Part shown: positions 1 to 8,960 of the stretch, piece by piece
Numbering within the stretch: position 1 is the stretch's first letter
Layout of the letters: every line of letters begins with the position of its first letter
Assembly: GCA_005191425.1 (NCBI GenBank)
Contig: SUPR01000009.1
Coordinates: 1 to 32,000 of the forward strand
Origin: Candidatus Helarchaeota ASGARD archaeon Hel_GB_B
Lineage (GTDB): Archaea > Asgardarchaeota > Lokiarchaeia > Helarchaeales > HEL-GB-B
Length of the DNA: 32,000 bases
Direction: 5' to 3'
Made by a program: the position numbers and the translations under genes
The notes under the pieces: generated by a model
Database searches by the model: none
Told to the model about the DNA's origin: nothing
What the model saw: only the letters and a program-made list of their open reading frames with translations

Positions 1-106
1 TAAAGAAATAATAAATGCTTTAAAATAATTTTTTTTCTATCTTTTTAGGGGATTATTACTTATAAAGAATAATGCGAATTTATTTATTTGAAATTAAAAT
101 AGATTT

Positions 107-1312
107 ATGATAAAAATGAAAGATACAGCTGATTTTGCAAAACATGTACATTTTCAGCCTAGTATTGGTGAAGATGAAATTAATGCAGTTAGAGAGGTAC
201 TAAAAGAAGGTCGTTTAACTTTAATTTCTAGTGAAAAAATAAGTGAGTTTGAAACGAGATTTGCAAAATATATTGGAGTTAAGCATGCTATTGCAGTTAA
301 TTCAGGGACAGCTGCGTTGCATGTTGCATTAGCCAGTTTAGAAATAGGAGCAGGAGATGAAGTTATAGTTCCACCATTTACTTTTGTAGCAACAGCGACA
401 GCTGTCTTACACCAGAATGCTATTCCAATTTTCGTGGACATAGACCCAGAAACATATTGTATAGACCCTAATGCTATTGAAAAAGCTATTACACCTAATA
501 CAAAAGCAATTATTCCTGTTCATTTATTTGGACATCCAGCAGATATGGAGTCAATTTTGAAAATAGGTAGAGAAAATAATATCCCGATTATTGAAGATGC
601 ATGTCAAGCACATGGGGCTAAATATAAAAATAAAAAAGTGGGAAGTATTGGAGATTTAGGATGTTTTAGCTTTTTTGAATCAAAAAATATGATGACTGGA
701 GAAGGTGGGATAATTACAACAAATGATGATGAACTTGCAGAAAAATGCAGATTAATACGACACCATGGTGAACCTTATTGGTATCAATATGTTAGGTTAG
801 GTTATAACTATCGTATGACTGCCATTCAAGCTGCTATCGGATTAATTCAATTAAAAAAATTAGATAATATGAATAAAAGACGAATAGAGAATGCAAAATA
901 TTATAATGAAAATTTTAGTGGTTTACCTGGACTTGAATTACCTAAATCAAGAAAAGATGTAAAACATGTTTATCATTTATACGCTCCATTAATTAGACCT
1001 GAGGAATTAGGAATTAATAGAGAAAAGTTTCTGGGTAAAATAAATGAGAAAGAAGTGATAACCAAGTTAATTTATCCTCGACCACTATATAAATCTCCGT
1101 TATTCCAAGATTTAATGGGTTATGGTCCTAAAAAATGTCCATTTACATGCCCTTACTATAAGAAAAAAGTTTCGTATAAGATACATTTACCAATTGTGGA
1201 AGATATATGTAATCGTGTTATTGGACTGCCTACAATTCCTTCGTTATCAACAGAGCAGCTCGACCAAATAGTAAGTACAATTAAGAATGCAATAGGAGAA
1301 TTAAAAAAATGA
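107..1312 (+). CDS. DegT/DnrJ/EryC1/StrS-family PLP-dependent (amino-sugar) aminotransferase
   Basis: Motifs NSGTAALHVAL, IIEDACQAHGA, FSFFESKNMMTGEGG (PLP lysine) and GYNYRMTAIQAAIG. Stop overlaps the next start (ATGA at 1309-1312). Confidence 0.93.
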   Translation: MIKMKDTADFAKHVHFQPSIGEDEINAVREVLKEGRLTLISSEKISEFETRFAKYIGVKHAIAVNSGTAALHVALASLEIGAGDEVIVPPFTFVATATAVLHQNAIPIFVDIDPETYCIDPNAIEKAITPNTKAIIPVHLFGHPADMESILKIGRENNIPIIEDACQAHGAKYKNKKVGSIGDLGCFSFFESKNMMTGEGGIITTNDDELAEKCRLIRHHGEPYWYQYVRLGYNYRMTAIQAAIGLIQLKKLDNMNKRRIENAKYYNENFSGLPGLELPKSRKDVKHVYHLYAPLIRPEELGINREKFLGKINEKEVITKLIYPRPLYKSPLFQDLMGYGPKKCPFTCPYYKKKVSYKIHLPIVEDICNRVIGLPTIPSLSTEQLDQIVSTIKNAIGELKK

Positions 1313-2316
1313 ATAAAGAAATTGTTAATTTTGGTTTAATTGGTATAGGTCATATAGGACAAGTACACGCACAATGTATTAAAGAATTGACTAATAGCCA
1401 GCTTGTAGCTGCGTATCATCCAAATTCTAAAAAATTAGACCAATTCTCCAAAAAGTTTCAAATTAATAATAAATATACCGATTTAAATGATTTACTAAAT
1501 GATGATAATATTGATGTAATCGATATTTGTACACCAACTCATACTCATTTTGAATTTATAGAAAAAAGTATTAAATCTAATAAAAAAGTATTAGTAGAGA
1601 AACCAATAACCCGCACTTTGGAAGAATTTGATAAATTAATGAAAATAATTAATAATAAAAAAGATAAATTAATGGTAGCACAATATTGTAGGTTTATCCC
1701 AGAATATCAGATGGCAAAAAAGATTGTAATGAATGGAGATATTGGAATTCCTGTTCAAGTAAGTGCATATCGACATGTCAATGCACCTACTTATAAAGAT
1801 TGGTTTTTTGACGAAAATTTAAGCGGAGGGATTATATTAGACCTAATGATCCATGATATCGATGCAACGATTTGGATATTAGATGACGAAATAGAGTCAG
1901 TTTTTGCAGTTGCTAACAATTTTTTACTTGAAAAATATGATACGCCAGATAGTGCGACGGTCATTATCAAATTTAAAAGAGGTACCATAGCAGCAATAAA
2001 TGGGACTTGGATTTTACCAAAAGAATTTTACACTTCATGCAATATAGATACATTATTACATATATTTGGGACTAAAGGTGTAATAGAAATTAATGATAGG
2101 ACAAATATGTTTATGAAGGTATTTGTTTCAGGACAAGGTTTTAAATTACAAGAGAGCGACCCTTTAAAAACATATAAATCGGAGATAAATTATTTTTCCG
2201 AATGTATATTAAGAAATAGGCCATTTAATATAGATTTTAATACAATAAGAGCGTCTCTTGATGTTTGTTTAAAGGCGTTAGAGTCATATAAATTAGGTAC
2301 AATAATTAAATATTGA
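1309..2316 (+). CDS. Gfo/Idh/MocA-family NAD(P)-dependent oxidoreductase
   Basis: N-terminal Rossmann motif GLIGIGHIG, VLVEKP and GGIILDLMIHDID. Translationally coupled to the aminotransferase. Confidence 0.92.
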   Translation: MNKEIVNFGLIGIGHIGQVHAQCIKELTNSQLVAAYHPNSKKLDQFSKKFQINNKYTDLNDLLNDDNIDVIDICTPTHTHFEFIEKSIKSNKKVLVEKPITRTLEEFDKLMKIINNKKDKLMVAQYCRFIPEYQMAKKIVMNGDIGIPVQVSAYRHVNAPTYKDWFFDENLSGGIILDLMIHDIDATIWILDDEIESVFAVANNFLLEKYDTPDSATVIIKFKRGTIAAINGTWILPKEFYTSCNIDTLLHIFGTKGVIEINDRTNMFMKVFVSGQGFKLQESDPLKTYKSEINYFSECILRNRPFNIDFNTIRASLDVCLKALESYKLGTIIKY

Positions 2317-2325
2317 GGACGTATT

Positions 2326-3624
2326 TTGAGCAAATTAGAATTTATTATTAATAAACGAGTAATTTCAGTCCTTATTTTCTTTTTAATATTAATTTATAGT
2401 TGTAGTTTAGGTCTCTTTGCAGCAGCTTATAATAATTTACAAGCTGAATTCTTGAAACCTTAGTCAGAGTTATTTTTGTTTGATTCACTTTTTCTTTTTA
2501 TTGGGGCTCTTGCAATGTTATTTTTTGGTTATTATGCAGATAAAACTACTCGTAAATGGTTAGTAGTGATTGGGGGCATTATTTAGAGTATATTTTCAAT
2601 ATTGATTTATTTTTCTAAATATTACATCGAAGTATTAATTTTTAGAGCTCTTTCAGCGATAGGAATAGGATCGATATTACCAGTAGGATTTTCAATTATT
2701 CCAGATTATACACATGGAAAAAAGCGCTCAGAGGTTTTTGGATATTTCAGTTTTGCAATTGCATTAGGGACAGTATTAGGTACCGGATTTTCAGCTTTAA
2801 CACTAGAGGATTTTGGATGGCGATTTTCTTTTTTAATTTTCGGTTCAATTATGCTCTTTATTTTACCGATTGTTGCAGTGATTAAAGAGCCAATGAGGGG
2901 GCAGACGGAGGTATTAGAACTTGAAGGAGCAGAATATTCTTATAAAATTAAAATACAAGATTTAAAATATATCTGGAAGAGAAAAACTAATGCTTATTTA
3001 ATTCTTAATGGTCTATATGTCATTCCAGCAGGTATGATGGTCTATGGTGCTATTGCATTTTTACAAAATGAGAGATATATGGCAGTCCAAGACGCATATT
3101 TAGCCTTTCTTTTTATTGGTTTAGGGTTTCTCTTAGGACTTTTAATTTTTGGCTATTTAGGTGATGTTTGGTTTAAAAAGAATATTAGAGGGAGGTTATA
3201 TACTTGTATAATTTGTAATTTTATTAGTTTACCTTTGATATTAATATGAATAATTGTCCCATTTCATGGAATAACCGACCTAAAATCATTATTTTTCATT
3301 ATAGGTATTTGTGTTGGCTTAATTATTAATTCTGGAATTGGTACAAACTGGTATTCGTTGCTTGTAGATATAAATTTGCCGGAAAATAGAGGGTCTATGT
3401 TATCGATGGCTACTATAGTAGATTCAATCTTTAAATCAATTGAACCTATTTTATGCGGTTTCCTTGCTGATTTGTTTAATTTTCAATTTGCATTTATAAT
3501 TGCGATAATTATTTGGACTATCAGTGGGATTTTTTGGTTTCCACCAATTAAATACATAGCTCATGATATAACAGAGGTCAAAGAAATTATCAAAAAACGA
3601 GTACAAAAAAGTTCCAAAAAATAG
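2326..3624 (+). pseudogene. MFS transporter (Spinster-like), interrupted by three in-frame stops
   Basis: Single frame from TTG 2326 (GAGGA at 2315-2319 upstream) to TAG 3622-3624, 432 codons, with internal TAG 2461-2463, TAG 2584-2586 and TGA 3247-3249. MFS motif A GYYADKTTRK lies in the segment the ORF track omits; a second-half copy GYLGDVWFKK follows. Track ORFs 2602..3249 and 3358..3624 are fragments of it. Confidence 0.88.
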
Positions 3625-3647
3625 GTAAAAATAAACTTGGTTTAAAC

Positions 3648-5333
3648 TTAGTCCCATTCACCTTTTTCTCTAGCATCACGAATATATTTATCTACATTTT
3701 CTAATAATGTTTTATAATCGGTTTTTTGTACTCTATTTAGTGGTATTTCGTCTATGAAAATAATTAATGATGGTCTTTTATAAGCGGCGATATTTTTTGT
3801 ATATTCCATGATTTTTTCTTTAGAGATTTTTTTCCCCTTTTTTAATTGAACAAACGCTACTGCAGCCTCAGTGTATATTTTATGTTTAGCACCGACAATT
3901 GCTACTTTCTCAACTTCAGGTATCTCTTCTAGAAATGCTTCAATTTCTGGTGGATATATTTGATATCCACGAGTTTTTATAACGAATTTACTACGTCCTA
4001 CTAAATGCAGCCCTTTTTCGTCTTTAAAACCCAAATCGCCCGTATAGAGAATACCATCTTTAGAGATAGTCTTTTTCGTAGCTTCATCATTATCAAAATA
4101 TCCTTTAAATACTTGAGGCCCGGAATAACAAATTTCACCAATTTCACCATCAGGTAGTTGACTGCCAGCCATTCCATCGGATTTCATTGGTTTTCTTATG
4201 GATAACGGACATATAGGGAAATCATGACCAAGAGAATTTAAAATATCATTAACTGAACCTTCTAAAGGTGTATATGAACAAAATCCACTAATTTCTGTTA
4301 GACCTAGGCCGCTACCAAATCGAGGTGCCATTTTTGCCAATTTTTCTAGAAATGGTCTGGATACCGATTGACCACCATAAATTGCAAATGATAACGAAGA
4401 AAGATCATAATTATTATAATTATCTAACATCCACTCCATTTCAAACATTGCAGGAATTTGTCCTAAGATAGTAACTTTATAATCTTCAATAGCTTGTAAT
4501 GATTTTTCAGCATTAAAAAGATGTAATATAACAGCAGTACCGCCAATAAAAAATGTAGTCATAAGCTGCTCAGTTTGACAGCCTACATGGCTTGGTGGTA
4601 AATTTATTAACATCCTATCATTGCTTCTAAAATCGAAACCTCGAGATAAACATAAATTTTGGGCTATAATACTTTTATTTGTTAGCATTGCAGGCTTCGG
4701 CATTCCAGTAGTGCCAGTAGTGTAAATTATTAAAATAGGGTCATCTTCAGTTAAAGTTAATTTACGTTCGGCAAGTATTTTCTTTTTTTCACTTGATTCA
4801 TTAATATTAAAATATTTGGAAGCCATAGATTTGGCATCAGAAATGAAATCGAAAATGGAAATCGTATTTTTATTACAGTTTTCAGGTAAACTAAATTGAA
4901 TGAAATTATTAAGAAATTTACACTCCTTTTGCACTAATTTTGCATATTTAGCAAATGGAGCATGCGCTGTATCTCCAAGATGGACATACATTTTAGCTTT
5001 TGTTTTTAATAAATTAATTGAAGTGATAATTTCCGCGGGTTTTAGACGTAAATCTAATGGACAAAATATTGCGCCGATTTTGAAACATGCATATTCTAAA
5101 AAAATATGCTCAAGTAATAGAGGAAGGGAACTTATTATTATATCTCCTTTTTTTATATTTAAATCCATTAATTTTAATGCAAAGGAATCAATCGCATTTA
5201 AAAATTCCGACCAAGAAACTTTTTTTCCTTCTTCGGCATCAATAATTGCAATATCTTCTTTTTTTTCTTGAGCATATTTTTCTATATAATCGCATAGAAA
5301 ATGCGAAATTTGATTGAATTCTTTCCATGACAT
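3648..5333 (-). CDS. AMP-forming acyl-CoA synthetase / long-chain fatty-acid-CoA ligase (divergent motifs)
   Basis: YTTGTTGMPK, GLGLTEISG, YTGDLG, GRSKFVIKTRGYQIYPPEIE and NRVQKTDY (catalytic Lys). Confidence 0.9.
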   Translation of the reverse strand: MSWKEFNQISHFLCDYIEKYAQEKKEDIAIIDAEEGKKVSWSEFLNAIDSFALKLMDLNIKKGDIIISSLPLLLEHIFLEYACFKIGAIFCPLDLRLKPAEIITSINLLKTKAKMYVHLGDTAHAPFAKYAKLVQKECKFLNNFIQFSLPENCNKNTISIFDFISDAKSMASKYFNINESSEKKKILAERKLTLTEDDPILIIYTTGTTGMPKPAMLTNKSIIAQNLCLSRGFDFRSNDRMLINLPPSHVGCQTEQLMTTFFIGGTAVILHLFNAEKSLQAIEDYKVTILGQIPAMFEMEWMLDNYNNYDLSSLSFAIYGGQSVSRPFLEKLAKMAPRFGSGLGLTEISGFCSYTPLEGSVNDILNSLGHDFPICPLSIRKPMKSDGMAGSQLPDGEIGEICYSGPQVFKGYFDNDEATKKTISKDGILYTGDLGFKDEKGLHLVGRSKFVIKTRGYQIYPPEIEAFLEEIPEVEKVAIVGAKHKIYTEAAVAFVQLKKGKKISKEKIMEYTKNIAAYKRPSLIIFIDEIPLNRVQKTDYKTLLENVDKYIRDAREKGEWD

Positions 5334-5369
5334 TTTTAATTCCTTATTATTTGAATTTTAACTAAAAAA

Positions 5370-6770
5370 TTAATAATGATATTGATTGATACTTCTTTTT
5401 ATTTCATTATAAAGTTTTAATACTTCTATTTCAGTATATATACCACTTAAAGGTAGAAATGTGGGAAGTCCTTCATATCCACCTTTAGTATATTCATCTA
5501 TAGGAAATAAATATCCAACCCAATCATTACTATTTTGGAATATAAATTGATTCTCAAATCCACTTGGAGTAATATCAAAAATTTTCTTTCCAATATTTTC
5601 AAAAACTTCACTTGGGACTCCAGTAATAAACAAGATACCTTTATTAGTCTTGATTTGAAAAACCTGGATAATTGAATATGCATTAATTTTTAACCCTTTT
5701 CTTTTTAAAGCTATACTTGGGAAATTCGGTGTAGGTTTAGCCAATAATATAGGAAGAAAAACATATTTTTTAATTAAATAAAGTAATCTGTTCTGAAAAA
5801 GATTTAAATTAAAGTATTTATTATAATCTTTAACTGGAATTGAAAAAATCTTTTCATATACTTTAATTTCACAATTTTCTATATATTCGGAATCTTTAAT
5901 TGAATTAGCCAATTTTAAAGCTTTTTCGCCTAAAAAATACCCAATACGAATAGTGTCTTTATAAGTTCCCTTCTGTTCATAGAGTATAGAATAATCCTTT
6001 TTTAAATTATCGAAATCATTACCACAAGTAGTTATTGGATTTATATCTCCAGATGGGCCATTAAAATAAACAGCATTTACTTCATTATTTGTTAACTCTT
6101 CTATTCTATAAATTAACCTTCCAATATAATCTGCCGAAATTTTAAAATTTTCATTTGATAAGGTGGTCCCATGACATGCATAATTGACAATAAAACCTAA
6201 TAATTTTTTATTGTTTAAACTTTTAAATGCAATTATTCCAAGATGAAATTTCGATCTTCTTTCAGGGTGTCTTCTATTTATAATTATATCTTCCTCAATT
6301 TTTTCTTTTTTCCATGCTAATTTACATGGCTTTAAGTTATTTATTAGAAATCCCACTAATTTTTCAATTTTCATTGCAATTTCTACTAAATATTTATCAT
6401 GGGGTATTCCAAATAAAATACCTTTAATCATTGCAATTATTCCCCCAGGATAGGCGAATTCGCCGTTTAAATCTGGTGCAGCATGCGTATGTGTTGCGTG
6501 TATTAATATTTGACCTTTTGGAATTCTATATTTTTTAAAGATTTTTTCTTTTACATAATCTGTGTAGACCATAGGCAATTTTAATAAATCTGTAGAGATA
6601 AAAAGTATTCTTTTTTTCAAGTTTTTTAAGTAATCAACTTCTATTAATACAGCATGAGCATATAAGTCGTCAAGTTTACCATCACACTTCTTTTTTCTGG
6701 TATAGCCTGATAAAGGAATCCCGATATAATTTTTAGGAGTAATTTTAACCTTACCAAATGCGACTCTCAT
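5370..6770 (-). CDS. Neutral/alkaline ceramidase-like amidohydrolase
   Basis: HATHTHAAP, NYACHGTTL, ISADYIG, FNGPSGDINP, GVPSEVF, NSNDWVGYL and EYTKGGYE follow the motif order of the neutral ceramidase-like family. Substrate not determinable from sequence. Confidence 0.78.
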   Translation of the reverse strand: MRVAFGKVKITPKNYIGIPLSGYTRKKKCDGKLDDLYAHAVLIEVDYLKNLKKRILFISTDLLKLPMVYTDYVKEKIFKKYRIPKGQILIHATHTHAAPDLNGEFAYPGGIIAMIKGILFGIPHDKYLVEIAMKIEKLVGFLINNLKPCKLAWKKEKIEEDIIINRRHPERRSKFHLGIIAFKSLNNKKLLGFIVNYACHGTTLSNENFKISADYIGRLIYRIEELTNNEVNAVYFNGPSGDINPITTCGNDFDNLKKDYSILYEQKGTYKDTIRIGYFLGEKALKLANSIKDSEYIENCEIKVYEKIFSIPVKDYNKYFNLNLFQNRLLYLIKKYVFLPILLAKPTPNFPSIALKRKGLKINAYSIIQVFQIKTNKGILFITGVPSEVFENIGKKIFDITPSGFENQFIFQNSNDWVGYLFPIDEYTKGGYEGLPTFLPLSGIYTEIEVLKLYNEIKRSINQYHY

Positions 6771-7034
6771 CTTAATTTTTCTCCATATTTAAAACGATAT
6801 TGTCCTTAATACCCTTTTTTAAATTAATCTGAAAAATACAAATCATTTATTAAATAATGAATCATAAAATTTTATAATATAATCGGAAATTCTAATTAGA
6901 CAGATTTTTAGATTATGGGAGAATTACTATTTAAGATTTTAATTAGAATAGTTTTCAATAATTTGAATAAATGTTTAATTATATTTGTTTAATTATTTTT
7001 GTATTTTTTTATTAAAATAAAAATAAAATAAAAA

Positions 7035-8519
7035 TTAAAGAGTTATGGATTTTATTAATTCATCAATCGTATCTAAAGTTTCGATTTGTTCAATTAAATT
7101 GAGTGCCTTATCCATTTTATTTTTGTCAATGCCAATATACTTACTTTCTTGATTAAATTTCTTAATTATTTGTTCTTTGTTGAGGTTTCCAGGGCATCCT
7201 TTAGCAATATTAGTTGATGCTCGGTATTTTGTTCCATCATTCATTTTAATTATAACACTTGACCCAAATTCCCATTTAAAATCTCCTTTTAATGCTTGAG
7301 TCATTAACGAATTTACTTTGTCTACTGAAATATCTGAAAGTTTGAACCCTTCAGGTAAAAACGATTGAAATATTTTCAAAGTCATGCCAGCGTCAGTTTT
7401 TATTTTAACCTTTTTTGCAAGGTTATGTATTTCTGGATCAAAAATTCTATCGTCAGTAAATTGTCTGGGAGTTAATTCTTTATCAATTAATGCAGCTGCA
7501 ATATTATAGGGCACATTAAAATTTAAAATTACATAAGATGCATCAGGCTTCTTTAACCCTTCTAATGTAGAATCTGGCCTGTCAGACATGTCCATACTAA
7601 CAGTCCCCAAGCCAGGTAATTTTACGTTAATTGATTTTATTGATTTAGTATCAATGTCTGGGTGCTCTGACAAAATTTTAAACACGCAATCAAGAGGTGC
7701 ATCTAAATAAGCACAACCTGGATACAATTTGAAGGATAAAGTATTAGTCATCCAGAGGTCATAATCTAAAGTAAATTCAATCCTGTCTGGAGAAGGCATA
7801 TCAGCCATCATATGGACAAAACCATCTTGAGGTTCAAATATATTATGAGAACCCGTAAGTCCACTTGCAGCCAATTGACAAGCAATAACCCCGTTTTGTG
7901 CAGGTAAGGCTGATGTTAGCACTTTACTATGAGGTCCAAAAAATCCCCTTAATATTGGATATTGGGGAAGATATGCAGCTATACCAATGGCATTCGTCAT
8001 TTTTTCAAGATCTAAGCCCATTAATTTTGACCCGATTATGGCTGCTGATATGGGATGTACCAGAGGATCCATTGTCTGTCCAGTAGTAACACTTGGAAAT
8101 AAGCTTAAACCTATTTTACAATTAATTTCATTGCCAAGTACCATTCCTAAAATTAAATCTTTCCCAGATAATTTATATGCTTCAGTAAAAGCTAAACTAA
8201 CAGGACCTACCATACATCCACAGTGCATTGGTATACCATAATCTTCATAATCTAGTGCTTGAGCGTAAATTGAATTTATAAGCACTGCTTTATCAATACT
8301 AACCTTTTTTTTAGATGTAATAATTGTTGATTTTGGATTACCCCCACTATTCGCAAAAGCATTATAGGCGATTTTTCCTGGTTTTGTAGTAGTACCTGCA
8401 AATATCGTTGCAATTATATTCATTAACTGCATTTTTGCAATTTTTAATGTTTTTTCAGGTATACGATTAAAATTTAAATCAAAAGCATATTTAGCAATTT
8501 TTTCAGTTAAAGTAGCCAT
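7035..8519 (-). CDS. MmgE/PrpD-family protein
   Basis: Typical N-terminus (LTEKIAKYAFDLNFNRIPE), ALDYEDY..MH, KLYPGCAY, FNVPYNIAAALID and the C-terminal KGCPGN..IIKKF pattern. Confidence 0.88.
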   Translation of the reverse strand: MATLTEKIAKYAFDLNFNRIPEKTLKIAKMQLMNIIATIFAGTTTKPGKIAYNAFANSGGNPKSTIITSKKKVSIDKAVLINSIYAQALDYEDYGIPMHCGCMVGPVSLAFTEAYKLSGKDLILGMVLGNEINCKIGLSLFPSVTTGQTMDPLVHPISAAIIGSKLMGLDLEKMTNAIGIAAYLPQYPILRGFFGPHSKVLTSALPAQNGVIACQLAASGLTGSHNIFEPQDGFVHMMADMPSPDRIEFTLDYDLWMTNTLSFKLYPGCAYLDAPLDCVFKILSEHPDIDTKSIKSINVKLPGLGTVSMDMSDRPDSTLEGLKKPDASYVILNFNVPYNIAAALIDKELTPRQFTDDRIFDPEIHNLAKKVKIKTDAGMTLKIFQSFLPEGFKLSDISVDKVNSLMTQALKGDFKWEFGSSVIIKMNDGTKYRASTNIAKGCPGNLNKEQIIKKFNQESKYIGIDKNKMDKALNLIEQIETLDTIDELIKSITL

Positions 8520-8522
8520 AAA

Positions 8523-8879
8523 TTACATCCCCAATATCATACCAATAACTAATGCATTTAAAAGATTGTTTTTAACTCCTTTTATTTTAATAGCACCATT
8601 TATCCATGAACTTGCAAAAGACCTACCTTCTATTAATTCCAGAAAGGCACTTTCTTTTCCAGATAATTCTAAAGTAATAGGCTCGACTCTACCATCATAC
8701 ATTTTAACTTTTAAGTTTCTAATTTCCATTGTCAGTCCATTACCATCAATAATATCAAAATAAACATTCGAATTTGCTAATGGTAATATTGATCCAATTA
8801 AAGGGCCTGCTAATCCAGCGAAATTACTTACCTTCTTAGCCACCTTTTCAAATTTAACTTTTAAACTCAAGATAACCAC
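8523..8879 (-). CDS. SCP2 (sterol carrier protein 2)-like lipid-binding protein
   Basis: 118 aa; C-terminal AFLELIEG..FASSWINGAIKIKG matches the SCP2 signature. Start codon uncertain (GTG 8879 or the TTG three codons later). Confidence 0.72.
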   Translation of the reverse strand: MVILSLKVKFEKVAKKVSNFAGLAGPLIGSILPLANSNVYFDIIDGNGLTMEIRNLKVKMYDGRVEPITLELSGKESAFLELIEGRSFASSWINGAIKIKGVKNNLLNALVIGMILGM

Positions 8880-8960
8880 TTTTAAGGAGTTTTATCATTA
8901 TAAAAATAAATAGGACTAAATAGATATAAAAATTACTTCCTTGATCAATAATAAATCAAA

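Noticed and set aside
2314-2328. Oxidoreductase and MFS are in the same frame separated by one TGA plus three codons (possible readthrough fusion or selenocysteine)
   Set aside because: The TGAGGA doubles as an RBS spaced correctly for TTG 2326, the oxidoreductase is full length, and the position is not a redox Cys site.
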